From the NCBI GenBank assembly GCA_052327205.1, contig CM126230.1:21638001-21702000 (forward strand): a DNA stretch of 64,000 nucleotides, given 5' to 3'. The stretch's first letter is position 1. The number at the start of each line of letters is the position of its first letter. The notes under the pieces were generated by a model. The model did not search any database. It was not told the origin of the DNA and saw nothing but the letters and a program-made list of their open reading frames with translations. Positions 47,238 through 60,200 of this stretch are shown in pieces. The translations under genes and the position numbers were made by a program. This stretch comes from Somniosus microcephalus. Taxonomy: Eukaryota.

Positions 47238-48068
47238 GGGCACGATCTTGCCAGCCCTGGGGAGGCAGGTATGGAGGCGGGACTGCTGGGAAAATGGCAG
47301 AATGGGTGGGTGCCCAACCCGCCCCCCAACCCGCCTCCGTGCCATCTTGTCAGGAGGCGGGTAGCCGTCCCATGCCAGGTCCCGTCTCCTTGGAGGCGGG
47401 AAGGGATTACAGCCACTTAACTGCCTGTTAACAGGTAGTTAACATGCAGAAAATAGGCTTATCACCATTTTGCCCACACAAGTGCAGGCTTCCCGAAGGC
47501 TCCGAACCCCACCAGGTCAGCGAGGTGAGTAGTCGGTCTGCGGGATGCAAAGGTGTGCTGTGGAGGTGAGTGATGGGTGCAAGTGTGTAGAGGTGAGTAT
47601 CTGAATTAAGTGGAAAGTGTTAGAAAAAGTGTACTTACCTTTGTTTCTTCGTGCAGGCTTTAGTCGGTGGGTATGCGGAGAGTCTCACACCTCCGCGATA
47701 GAGATGACAGATGGCCGTTGCATTCTCCAATGCAACAACCATCTCATTTCTGCAAAAGAAAGAGGTTTGATGAGGTCTTGAATTCAAGGCCTCATCAAAC
47801 TACAGAGAATGTCAGTGTTTGACAGCTTCACAGAGCTGTCAAACGATGACAATTCATCTGTCAAAAATTTTTGACAGAAAAAAGTCATACGTTGACGTTC
47901 TCTGTAACCGGCTTTCCCTTAATTGGCCTGCTGAGCCCGCTGGGTTAGCTTAACGAGGTCAATCAAGGGAAAATAGCATGGGTTGGCCAGACGTTGATGG
48001 AGGTGGGACTAGAACCCAACAAGTGGGAGTCCCGCCTCCAAAAGTTCCCCATTGGCAAAATCACCCCC
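47238..48068 (-). mobile_element. Harbinger-type MITE, hairpin-cassette family B
   Basis: Reverse-complement homology to 20019-20817; ends gggcacgatcttgcca / tggcaaaatcaccccc. Confidence 0.8.
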
Positions 48069-49132
48069 GACGTGTGGTGCGTGTAACATGCTTGGGAGGA
48101 ACAGGTGACTTTGGACCTGTGGTTCCCAAAGCTCTCCACCACTGGGGGTTTTCCTCATGCCATGCCTGGGTCTGCTGTAGACTCATTGATTGAGATTGAT
48201 TGCTTTGATTAGTCAACAACTCCATTATCATTGTATCATGTGACTACCAGGATGGTAGAAGGCGAACTAGATGGATCTTGGTCTTTCTTCATCTAGCAAT
48301 ATGAAGCACAAACTCCAGCCGACCATAAAGGAATTGGTTAGCTGTAAGAACTCTAACCGTACTAAATATATATGGTAACCTTTAGAACAGTGGCCGTGCT
48401 TCCAAGTGCATCATCAAAGGCAGTGATTTAATAAAACCGTTATAAGGAGGTGAGATCAAGGAAGTTTAAACCAATATCAGTATCCAATATCATGTGAGCA
48501 CCAAGGAGATAGTAAGTGGAGTTCACAACTTTATCCTTTCAGTCAATTATCCTATTGCAGGCCCGTTAACAAAAGTGATCGTCACTGTCTTATCTCAGTG
48601 CGCCAGCCACCATTCAAGAAGCGAGCGCAGGTCGCACGCTGTAAGCGGGTCTTGCCTGGGCAATCCTTCCTCCAGCTGAGTGGCTTTTTGCACTCGTCAA
48701 ATCTCTTGTGCTCACGTCAAAGCAGGCGCTTGGTGTTCTATTGTATGTGTGGGGAGGGGAAACATTCACCCAAGACACCAAACTCTGTGATCTGCTGGGA
48801 GAGGTGAAAAAAAAAACAGCTAAAAGCCCAGGCCAATTTGAAGGGGGGTGGGGGGGAGGATATTCTGGGGAAATTCCTCTCTGATGATTGAAGGTAGTCC
48901 TGGTGATCACTCTGGCCCTGATCATTCTATGCAGTACCATACCTTTAGTAAGAGGTGATCTGTGCCCCAGCCAGAAACAGGTCCAGCTCTCACTTGAAGG
49001 AATTCTTTGTAATCTCAGTTCGAAGCTAACATAAATCTCACCTTCAAGGCCAACCACTTTCATTTCCAGAATCAGACCAGGGTAAATGGCCAAGGAGGGT
49101 GTTTCCCATTTATTTTTAGCCTCGGCACTTTT

Positions 49133-49481
49133 CACAGAATCACAGAAACCCCACAGTGCAGATAGAGGCCATTTCGGCCCATCGAGCCTGCACCGACACA
49201 TATCCCACCCGATCCCCGTAACCCCTACACCAACACATATCCCACCCTATCCCCGTAACCCCACGTATTTAATCCCCCTAACACTAAGGGTCAATTTATC
49301 ATAGCCAATCAACCTAACCCGCACATCTTTGGACTGTGGGAGGAAACCGGAGCACCTGGAGGAAACCCACGCAAACACGGGGAGAATGTGCAAATTCCAC
49401 ACAGACAGTCACCCGAGGCCGGATTCGAACCCGGGTCCCTGGTGCTGTGAGGCAACAGTGCTAACCACTATGCCACCGTGC
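49133..49481 (-). mobile_element. HE1-like V-SINE
   Basis: Near-identical to 34975-35319. Confidence 0.88.
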
Positions 49482-50167
49482 TTTTGTTTAAGTTAACAGC
49501 AATTAATAGAAACACTAATTACTTTGGCTTCCTGCTGGGTGAGTTGGACAGGATTTTGTCAGCCCGACCTGGTCATTGCTCATTTCATGCCTCTCACAGT
49601 GGTTTGCTAGCCAGTTAACTAGCAAAGTAACGACCAAAGACTTTAATCCAGCTCTGGAGAGCGGAAAACAAGAAAATTAAGCACAGCAGTGAATCTGTAC
49701 AGTCTGATTTAGTGACTATTTCTGGCTTTGAAAGAAGAATTTATAGAGCTGTGGTATTCAAACCAAAATATTTGCTCTTCTGGCTGTAACTGATCTCTTG
49801 TGTTTTGAAGTCTGAAATAAAATGTAAGCCACAATGTTGGTTTTAATAATCGCCTCAATTGTCTGCTTTGGTGGATTGGCTGGAAAATTATGGCCCCCGA
49901 TATTAACTGGGAGCCGTGTTGGGAGTGGGGGTGGTGGGGGCATGTCCGATATCGCGCGGGAAACCCAGAAGTAAGTTCAGCGCGTCTGTCAGTGGCTTGT
50001 TAACTGAGCCAGCTCATTGGCATTTTACTTCCGGGTCTGGCGTCTAAGCCGCGGCAGCGGGCGCGTGATGAGGACCCGCGTGACGCGATACCAGCTCCAG
50101 TATTTAAAGGGCCAATCCGGAGATGGAATTTGGAGGAGTTGGTAAGTGGACAAGAGGAAGTTCAAGA

Positions 50168-53100
50168 ATGGATTTGAGACGGGCAAAGGCTGCGTCGCAT
50201 TTCAATGACGCCTCCCTTGATGTGCGGGTGGTGGGTTCCCTTCCCTTGCTAGAGTCTATTATAAAAGATGTAATAGCAGAGCACTTGGAAAACAGTGACA
50301 GGATCGGACAAAGTCAACTTGGATTTACAAAAGGTAAATCATGCTTGACTAATCTACTGGAATTTTTTGAGGATGTAACTGGTAGAATAGATAAGGGAGA
50401 ACCAGTGGATATGATGTATTTGGACTTTCAGAAGGCTTTCGATAAGGTCCCGCATAAGAGATTAGCGTGCAAAGTTAAAGTACATGGGATTGGGGGTATG
50501 GTACTGACTTGGATAGAGAACTGGTTGGCAGACAGGAAGCAAAGAGTTGGAATAAACGGGTCTTTTTCCGAGTGGCAGGCAGTGACTAGTGGGGTACCAC
50601 AGGGATCGGTGCTAGGACCCCAGCTATTCACAATATATATTAATGATCTAGACAAGGGAACTTAAGGTAATATCTCCAAGTTTGCAGACGACACAAAGCT
50701 GGGTGGGCGTGTGTGCTGTGAGGAGGATGCCGAGAAACTCCAGTATGATTTGGACAGGGTGGGCAATTGGGCAGATGCATGGCAAATGCAGTATAATGTG
50801 GATAAATGCGAGGTTATCCACTTCGGTGGCAAAAACAGGAAGACAGATTATTATCTGAATGGCAATAGATTGGGAAAAGGGGAAGTGCAATGAGACCTGG
50901 GTGTCCTTGTGCACCAGTTGCTGAAGGTAAGCATGTAGGTGCAGCAGGCGGTTAAGAAGGCAAATGGTATGTTGGCCTTCATAGCGAGAAGATTTGAGTA
51001 CAGGAGCAAGGAAGTCTTGCTGCAGTTGTACAGGGCCTTGGTGAGACCACACCTTGAGTATTGTGTGCAATTTTGGTTACCTTATCTGAGGAAGGATGTT
51101 CTTGCCATGGAGAGAGTGCAGCGAAGATTCACCAGACTGATACCTGGGATGGCAGGAATGACGTATGAGGAGAGATTGGGTCGATTAGGTTTATATTCGC
51201 CAGAGTTTAGAAGAATGAGAGGGGATCTCATTGAAACTTATAAAATTCTAACAGGAGTAGACAGACTAGATGCAGGAAGGATGCTCCCGATGGCGGGGGA
51301 GTCCAGAACCGGAGTCACAGTCTAAGGATAAGGAGTAAGCCATTTAGGACTGAGATGCAGAGGAATTTCCTCACCCAGAGAATGGTGAACCTGTGGAATT
51401 TTCTGCCACTCAGGGCAGTTGAGGCCAATTCATTAAATATATTCAAGAAGGAGTTGGATATATTTCTTGAGGCTAAACGGATCAAGGGATATGGGGAGAA
51501 AGCAGGGACAGGGTACTGAATTTGGATGATCAGCCATGATCGCATTAAATGGTGGAGCAGGCTCGAGGGGCCGAATGGCCTACTCCTGCTCCTATCTTCT
51601 ATGTTTCTATATTTATGTGCTGCTGGAGGCTGTGAGGGAGTCAGAGAGAGACACCCTTCCCCAGCAAGGGGAGGAAGAAACCTGTTGGTGAAATCTAGAA
51701 AGCATGGCTGGAGGTGGCAAAGGGGGTGAGCAGCAGCAGCATAGTGCCACGCTCCTGGATTCAGTGCAGGAAGTGCTTTAATGACCTAACCAGGTCAGGA
51801 AAGGTGTGTTGCACATTCACCTACATCCTGCTGTGTGCATCGCCTCACCCCCTCACTCTGCCTTCTCAAGCCCACTACATCACATCACTCCTCGCACCCA
51901 CTTACCTTGCACGTACACCCATCCTTCTCTTTTTATGCACTTCCTCACATCCCCATCTACCCATCCACCACTCCCACTCACCTTATGCAGCATCATGCCT
52001 CTCCCTGATAGTCACCCTCACCAAATGGACTGCGTCCATCCAGTGAACACATGCCATTGTAGTCACTCATAGGTCTGTTCTTTCCCTTGTTGCAGAAGAG
52101 AGCACAGAACACGAGGGAGAGGGAGTGAACCGGAGGTGGGCCTCCACACACTTCCCAGCTCACAAGTGCAGAGGAAGAGGTGCTGGAGATCAGTGGGGTT
52201 TCGGCATCCTTAGCCAATGTAGATGGGGAGATGGGGAGCTCCCAGCTACCTGATGGCAATTAAATATCAGCGATCCACATGCCATGCGGCAGTCAGTCAT
52301 GCTGACTTTGAGTGAAATATGATCATCCTCATAGTGATAAGTTGCAACATTCTGACCTTGCCAGGACTAATTCATGTCTTTTATCTCTGACAGGGGCTTA
52401 ACGCAGCAGCAGAAGCCGGTGGAGGTCGCGGACGATGTTTCCTCAGCGGAGCTGATTTGTTCCGCGGGTGCACCGTCACAGGACTCATGGATACCGTGCA
52501 CTAGCTCAGATATTCGCACTTCAGTGGGACTGCTTAGACAGATAGTTGGGTTTTCACCTGGTGATTCATGCTTCACAAGTGAGCAAGAGCAGATGGTGGT
52601 GGCAGTGACAGCAGTGGAGAGTCCGCGCCGGAGGGCGTTGCCCTCTCCAAGCTCTGCCCAGCTGGACACAGAGGCTGTACCCTGGGGGGCCGTTGATAAG
52701 AAGGAGAATCATTGAGGCGCAGCAGAGAATGTGCGATGTACTGACAGGCCTTCCAAGCACACTGACCACAATTGCAGGGCCGATGGAGGAGCAGGAGTGG
52801 GTTGATATCACAGGGTACTGCGATGATGTGTTCTTCCATGGATAGAACGGCCAGCTCCATAGAACATTAAACACTCCAATCAAATGAGTCCATGCAGGCC
52901 TTGACCATGGCCATGCAGACTTTGGTTAATAACATGTCTGCCATCTGCCACCTTAAATAGGATGACATAGTCCTTAGCCTTGGCCTTACAGTGTTGCACT
53001 GATCTGCACCAAAATGCTCTCCAGTACAGTGGTAACAGTGAAATGCAGCTGGCCCATGAGAGGGATGATGGCGAAAGGGGGCATGGAAGTGGGGACTCCA

Positions 53101-53360
53101 CTCAAAGCGCTTCCACTTCTCACCCGTTGCCTCCCCTCAGTCAGTACCCGGCATGCTGCGTCCTGTCCTGATGGCCGAGGCTGCCCCTGCACAGGTGCAG
53201 GTGGAGCAATCTTTGGCAAGCTCCAAAACCCAGAGGTCGTCGGCCGAGAGTATCTCAGCAATCACAGCAGGGATCTGAGCAGCCTACCTCTACCTCTGCT
53301 CAAGCCACAGGGGCTGCACCACGTAGGAGCAGTAGGAAAATGAAGAGTAAAGCTTTGTAG
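50168..53360 (+). pseudogene. Harbinger Myb/SANT gene remnant
   Basis: [19 protein letters not shown]|CR1|LLEAVRE..SWIQCRKCFNDLTRSGK with donor at 51804; later exons frameshifted; 3' end approximate. Confidence 0.65.
50226..51614 (+). mobile_element. CR1 LINE, 5'-truncated, with several stops
   Basis: RT motifs in ORFs 50123-50665 and 50939-51325; flanking ATGTGC duplication (50220-50225, 51615-51620). Confidence 0.9.
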
Positions 53361-53654
53361 CTGCATAAGGCTATGCACATGGGTGTATGATAAAATGTAA
53401 TGTTGTTAGTTAAAGCACATAAATGTTATTCTTTTGTACCACTTTCCCATCTTGCCCATTCTTGGTTGCTGGGTGGCAAATCGCCTTTTAAGTTGTTTAA
53501 TGATGAATAGGAGGATATGAATTGATGGCAACCAATGGGGGGATGTGCAAGGGGTGGTTGTTTGTTTGCAGGACTGCTTTGTGTCAGTGACATTGGGGGT
53601 GGGGGTGAAGAGTGGCCATTGCATGTGCTTCTGACATTGGTCCATTGGTGCAAC

Positions 53655-54771
53655 CTAAGTCAACCTGGTATTAATAAGGGCATCCCTGGCATCCCGGGCA
53701 GCAATGTGAGCAGCTGGTGGCGCATTGCCCATATCACCTTCCTCCTCCTCATCTTCCTCCTCCTCCTCGGAATCATCCAAAGAGGATCTGAGCTCTGTGC
53801 CTTGTTCCTCCTGCAGATCAAAACTTCGCTGTTGTGCAATGTTGTGCAGAGCGCTGCACACCACGACCATTCTGGACACCCTGGCTGGTGTGTACTGAAG
53901 GGCGCCTCCAGATCTGTCCAGGCACCTGAAGTGTATCTTCAGCATGGCTTGTTTGATCACACATCTGGTGGTCATATGGCATTCATTGTATCGCTGTTGG
54001 GCTTCATTGGTCGGATTTCTGACGAATGTCATCAGCCAAGTTTGAAGTGGGTATCCCTTGTCTCCTAGCAGCCACCCTTTAAGTCTGCTTCCAGGTCTGA
54101 AGACGTCAGGGAGCTTGGACTGCCACAGGACTAAAGCATCATGGTAACTCGCCAGGAATCTTGGGTACACCTGCATAAATATCTTTTTGTGGTTGCATGG
54201 AGTGGAAGCCCTTGCAGTTGATGAATACTCAGGGTTGACCTGGGGGTGCCCGGATTGCCACGTGTGTGCAGTCAATGACAGTCTGCACCTGTGGGAAGCC
54301 AGCGAGAGATGCAAACCCAAATGTCCGCTCATTCTGACTAGCATCACCGCAGGCGAAGGTCACATAATTGCCAGCCATGGCAAACAAGCCATCAGTCACT
54401 TGTCTTATGCATTTGTGGGCCGCCGACTGGGAGATCCTGGATATGTCTCCAGCGGAGCCCTGGAAGTATCTGAAGGCAAAGAAGTTGAGAGCGGCGGTGA
54501 CTTTGACAGCCACTGAAAATGCATGGCCGCCAGGTCCAGCAGGGAGCAGGTCTTCTTCTAGCAGGCTACAGATATCTGCCACCCCTGACACAACAACCTG
54601 AGCCTCCCGAGACACTGCTGTTCGGACGTGCCAAGGAAACTCAGCCTCTGCCTATACACCCTGTGTCGGGTAGTGCCTCCTGTGAGCTGCACCCCTCTGC
54701 TGTTCCCCTCTCTGCTGGTCATATTGGACCTTGCCCAAGGTCCAATCTAAGGCAGTCGAGGCACCACCCAT
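53655..54771 (-). pseudogene. Harbinger DDE transposase, frameshifted
   Basis: VIDCTH (ORF 54229-54615) and LGDKGY..CSALHN (ORF 53655-54347) lie in different frames. Confidence 0.88.
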
Positions 54772-56026
54772 TCTGATGTGATTGAGAAAAGCTCCAACGT
54801 GTAGAAAGTAACCGCTCAGCAAAAGTACTGTGAACAAACCCTTTCCCACTAGCAGGTAACAAAGCAGCGGTGAGTACTGAGTATTTAGTGCAGTATTTCC
54901 ATGATTGATTGGTCCCCTCAGTTGCCGCTGTGCTCTCGCCTTGCTTTCACTGGCGAGTTCCAGGAAGCCCAGGAAACCCGTGGATGCGGCGTTAAATTTA
55001 AAAGTGTGTTGAAATATTGCTCCAATTGAGCAATTGCCGCATGTTAATAGGCGACTGGCCTCTCCCACGGGGGTGGCGCGCACACAGCCTAACGCGCCAG
55101 AGTCAAATGCGGAAGTTGGCGGGTTAGAGCTGGCTTCCCGACGCACTGACATTTTTTCCCGGTTTTCAACCCCCACCTGCACCCAAACCCACACGCTCCT
55201 CCAGGTCAAAATTCCCCTCTATATTTCAGCTAATTTAATGTTTAATCGAGTTTACCTTGTACCTGTACTGATGAATTTAAACAGCCAAACTATGGGATTT
55301 CTGATTTCCCATAAGGGAGAATGAAGTGTATGGTTGAGCAGTGCATTTTGCAGCTCATCTGTTTATATTGTCCGGAGCTGGGAGTTACTCAGTGAATTAA
55401 ATTGCTGACAAGCAACGCTGCTTAAAAGCTCGATAGTAGTTGTTGGGGCGGGTGCGTAGGCTGTGGCGAAGCCTGCACACTCAGACAGCTGTCTCTCACC
55501 AGCAGCAACAGTGAATCACTTAATATAACAACTGCAGCCCCATCCAAGTTCTCTGCTGAAGAGTTTAACTACTCCGTCATTGAATTACTTCCAGTTGAAT
55601 TGGCAACCGAATGACTACCTGGTCACATTATAGCACACTCTCAAATAATAGTAAGACTTGCATTAATATAGCATCTTTCACAACCACCGGACGTCCCAAA
55701 GCGCTTTACAGCCAGTGAAGTACTTTTTGAAGTGTAGTTGTTAGATCCGTGGTTCAGTGGATGAAGAATTACACGGATGCTGTATATAAACAAACAACAG
55801 GTCTTTACTGGAGGAGGGTCATCTCTAGACTGGAGTACAGAGGCATGCGCACAGCTTATATACCGGTGTGGTTACTGCCGGTACTACAGTATACAGGAGC
55901 TGTAAAAAGTAGTTCTGACTTAAAGCACATACACTACAATTCCTCCCTTTTTAGATTAATAATACCCCCTTAATATTCAAATAACAATTACATTTTTACA
56001 TGTACATTCAATAGCAAAAAGTCCAT

Positions 56027-59000
56027 TTATAGATTCAGTCTTTGGGGCGGCTTCCTGACCCTTTCGGGATAGCGCCTTTCCGGAGGTTCTTGTTCTTGGT
56101 GCAGAGGCGATTCTGACCCCTTTTCATCGGGTAGTTCATTGGGTTCCACTGCTACTGGGTCTGAAGTAGATGCTACTGGTATGTCGGGTTCATCCCCAGG
56201 TACTCGAGACATGGGGTTGACGCCTTCCTGTGACGCTAAGATCTGATCGACGTGGCGTCTCACAATGTTCTCCCTGACATCCACTGTGTACATTAATGGC
56301 CCCTGCCTTGTACATATTGTTCCGGGTTGCCACTTCTCTGTTCGATAGTCACGGGCCAAGACTGGTTGCCCTACATTGAAGCTCCTTGTCGGCTTCTCGT
56401 TGATGTGCTGGAATTGTTTATCCTCAACATTTCTTCGCACATTTGGTCTGAGCAAATCCAGACGAGATCTCAACCTTCTGTTAAAGAACATCATGGCCGG
56501 GGTCTGGTTGGTAACTGCATGTGTCGCGTTTCGGTAGGCTAATAAGAAATTGTCCATCTTATGCTGTAGTGGAATTTCCTCGTCGCACATGGCCTTTATC
56601 GCCTTCTTAAAGGTTTGTACGAACCTCTCAGCCAATCCATTGGTGGCTGGATGATACGGGGCGGATGTGTAATGCCTTACCCCATTCCTTTTCATGAATT
56701 TTTGGAACTCGTCGGACACAAACTGTGGTCCATTATCAGAGCAGATCTGCTCTGGCAACACGTTTCTGGCAAATATGGTCCGTAGGACTGCAATCGTTTT
56801 CTCTGTAGTGGTTGAAGACATCTTTATCACCTCAGGCCACTTTGAATGAGCATCCAATGCTATTAAGAACATTGAGTCCATGAATGGACCAGCGGAATCA
56901 ATGTGCACCCGTTGCCATGGAGAGGAGGGCCACTCCCATGGGTGTAGAGGGGCATGTGGTGGTGCATTTTGGACCTTCTGGCATCATAAGCAGCTCTTAG
57001 TTAGGTCTTCGATTTGTTGATCGATTCCCGGCCACCACACATAAGCCCTAGCAAGGCTTTTCATTTTCACTCCCCCCAGATGACCTTCATGTAGCTCCTT
57101 TAGCACTCTCTCCCTTAACTTGGGTGGAATCACCACTCTGGATCCACACATCACTGTCCCCTGGCATACTGACAGCTGTTCTCTTCTGGATGAGAATGCT
57201 GGCAACAGTGAGTCGCCATGTGTTGGCCATCCACTCACCGTCAATTCATATACCCGTGACAGCGTCGGATCATTGCGGGTCTCCTTCTCTATATCCGCGT
57301 TTGTTACTGGCAATCGTTCAATTATCGACGAATAAAATATCTCGATAGGGTCCACTGCTGGTGCTTCCTCCACCATAGGCAGTGGCAGGCGCGATAGCCC
57401 ATCAGCGTTCCCATGCTGTTTCGTGCCTTTATATTCTATTTCATATTGATTCGCCCCTAGAAACAGGGACCATCTTTGTAACCACTGTGCAGTCATCACT
57501 GGAACGCCCTTCTTAGGATTAAAGATGGAGACAAGTGGTTGGTGGTCAGTCAGCAAGGTGAACTTCTGCCCATGCAGATAATGGTTGAATTTTTTTACTC
57601 CCCATACTAGGCTGAGGGCCTCCCTGTCAATCTGGGCGTAGTTGCGCTCGGCTGAGGTTAGTGACCGAGACGCAAAGGCCACTGGCCTCTCCAACCCGTC
57701 TGGGAATTTGTGCGACAGCACCGCTCCAATGCTGTAGGGTGATGCATCACATGCCAAACGAATTGGTAGTGCTGGGTTGAAATGGGCCAACACCTCTTTC
57801 GATGTGATCAATTCTTTACACTTCTGGAAAGCTCGTCTACGTTCGTCATCCCACTTCCATGGTACCCCTGTTTGCAGTAGGGTGTTCAGCGGGTGTAGTA
57901 CCGTAGACAAATTTGGTAAGAACTTGTGGTAATAGTTTACCAGCCCGAGGAACGACCTCAGTTGTGACACATTTTCCGGTGCTGGAGCCTTGACTACTGC
58001 CTCAATCTTGTCAGGGGACTTATGTAACCCCTCTTCATCGATGACGTGGCTGCAATACGAGATCTGTTTCTGGAAAAACTCGCACTTGTGGCGATTAGCT
58101 CGTAGCCAATATTCCTTTAATCTGGCGAGCACCTTCTCCAAGTTAGCGAGGTGATCACCGTCATTTTCGCCCATGACCAAGATGTCGTCCAAATAACACT
58201 GGGTCCCTGGAATCCCTTGCAGGACCTGATCCATTGCCCTTTGCCAGATAGCCGGAGCCGAGGCTACTCCAAACACCAGCCGGTTGTATTGATAGAGACC
58301 TTTATGGGTGTTGATCGTAAGGTAATGTTTCGAAGCTTCTTCTACCTCCATTTGCAAGTACGCCTGGGCTAGATCAATTTTGGTGAAGCGTTTACCACCA
58401 GATAGCGAGGCGAAAATATCCTCAATTCGTGGAAGCGGATATTGCACCGTGTGACGACTGGGTTCACTGTCACCTTAAAATCCCCACAGATGCGGATCTT
58501 CTTAGGTTCCCCAGGCGTATTACTCAACGACCTCTTCATTACAGGGACGATGGGTGTAGCCCACTCACTCCAGTCCACTTTGGACAGTACTCCTGAACGT
58601 TCCAACCCTTCCAGCTCTGCTTCAACCGCTGGTCTGATCGCATAAGGCACTGGTCTGGCCTTCAGAAACTTTGGGCTTGCATTATCCTCTATTTTAATTG
58701 TTGCTGTTATTTCTTTTAGTGTTCCTAGTCCCTCCTGGAACACTTCTTTTGCGTCAGTTAGCATTTTTGACAGTCGTCCAGGTGTGACGTCGTCATCCTT
58801 TTTGGCCTCCACCTTCAGTGCCTGTATGGAATGCCAATCTAAATGTATCTTCCAGATCCACTCACGTCCTAGCAGTGGTGGTCCTCCATTTGGCAATACA
58901 TATATATCCATTTTAGGTATTTCCTGACCTTTATATGTCACTTTCACCCTTATTTTTCCTTTGGGGTAGACTTTTTGCCCCGTATACGTCTTCAAGACAA

Positions 59001-59973
59001 TCTCTGTAGCTTTCAAGGGTATGTGTGAAAATAGCCGCTTGTAGTCTCTTTGATTTATGACTGTTAGAGCTGACCCTGTGTCCAATTCCATTTCCACTTG
59101 GACTCCGTCTATCTTGAGTGTAACCCAGATAGTCTGGTGATCCTCTATTTCGGTTACATTATGTAGTTTCAGACAACCCAGCTCCTTGCTTCCAGAGTCT
59201 GTGTCACTTTTCTGTTCGTCTGAACCACTGTCCATCACCTGGTGTACCTTTTTGTACTTCTCCTGTGGAGATTTCTTACTGTTGGTTTTCTTCCCAGACC
59301 TGCAGACTCTTGCTATGTGTCCTGCTTCCCCACACTGTCTGCACACTTGGTCCTTGAACCAACAATCTTTCTGGTCATGTGTTGTTCTGCCACAGCGATA
59401 GCAGTTCCCTGTTCCATAGGTCATTTCGTTGGTGCCGTATTCTTGTGGTCTCCATTGTATCTCTGCAGCGCCCCTTGCGGCTGCTTCGTGTGATACTGCC
59501 ATATTGAAAGCTTTGTCCAGCGTAAGGTCCTTTTCTGATAGAAGCCGTTTCTGGGTTCCTTCACTTTGTAGCCCACACACAAACTTGTCCCTTAACGTGT
59601 CTGCTGGTCCCGCTCCAAACTGGCAGTATGTCGATAGCTTGCGCAGTTCCGTTAGGTACTCAGCATTGCTTTCGTCTTTGTGTTGGTTACTTTTATGGGA
59701 CGTAAATTGTTCTGCTATCAGCAGCGGTGTGGGGCTTAAGTGGTCCTGTAGGATTTCTACTATGCTTCCAAAATCCTTGTTTACCGGCTTCTCTGGGGTT
59801 ATTAGATTTCGCAGTAACCCATAAGTTTTTGCACCCATGGAATTTAACAGAACCAGTGCTTTATTAGCATCTGGCACTTCATTCACCCTGCAGTACACCG
59901 CAATACGTTCCACATATGTTGCCCAATCTTCGACTTCATTGTCGAACGTAGAGATACTGCCACTCTTCGGCAT
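56027..59973 (-). pseudogene. gag-pol polyprotein of LTR element 2, broken at ~58450 and ~56985
   Basis: Two CCHC knuckles, LDTGS protease, YLDD RT, CDAS RNase H, integrase HID/SDNG/AER and C-terminal RRYPERVRKPPQRL. Confidence 0.9.
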
Positions 59974-59998
59974 CCTTGGTTGTGCGTTAACTATCCCC

Positions 59999-60200
59999 AA
60001 TGGCGCCTCCCGCGCTTCCCCTTCTTCTCCGCTGGTACAAAATGGCGTCTCCCGTGCTTTCCTTCCTTCCCGCGCTCACCCGTCTTCTCCGCTGCGGCTT
60101 CGCAAAATGGCGTCTCCCGCGCTCTTCCTTCTTCTCCGCGGCTCAATGGCGCCTCCCGCGCTCTCCCTGCTTCTCCGCGGCTCAATGGCGCCTCCCCTTG
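59999..60200. repeat. ~39-bp degenerate tandem repeat in the 5' leader of LTR element 2
   Basis: aatggcg(c/t)ctcccgcgct..cttctccgc repeated about 5 times. Confidence 0.8.

Larger units (their letters stand above)
49892..55219. mobile_element. PIF/Harbinger DNA transposon 3, decayed, with CR1 inserted in the Myb gene
   Basis: TAT TSD (49889-49891, 55220-55222); asymmetric ends ggcccccgatattaac / gtcaaaattcccctc; Myb and transposase remnants. Confidence 0.75.
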
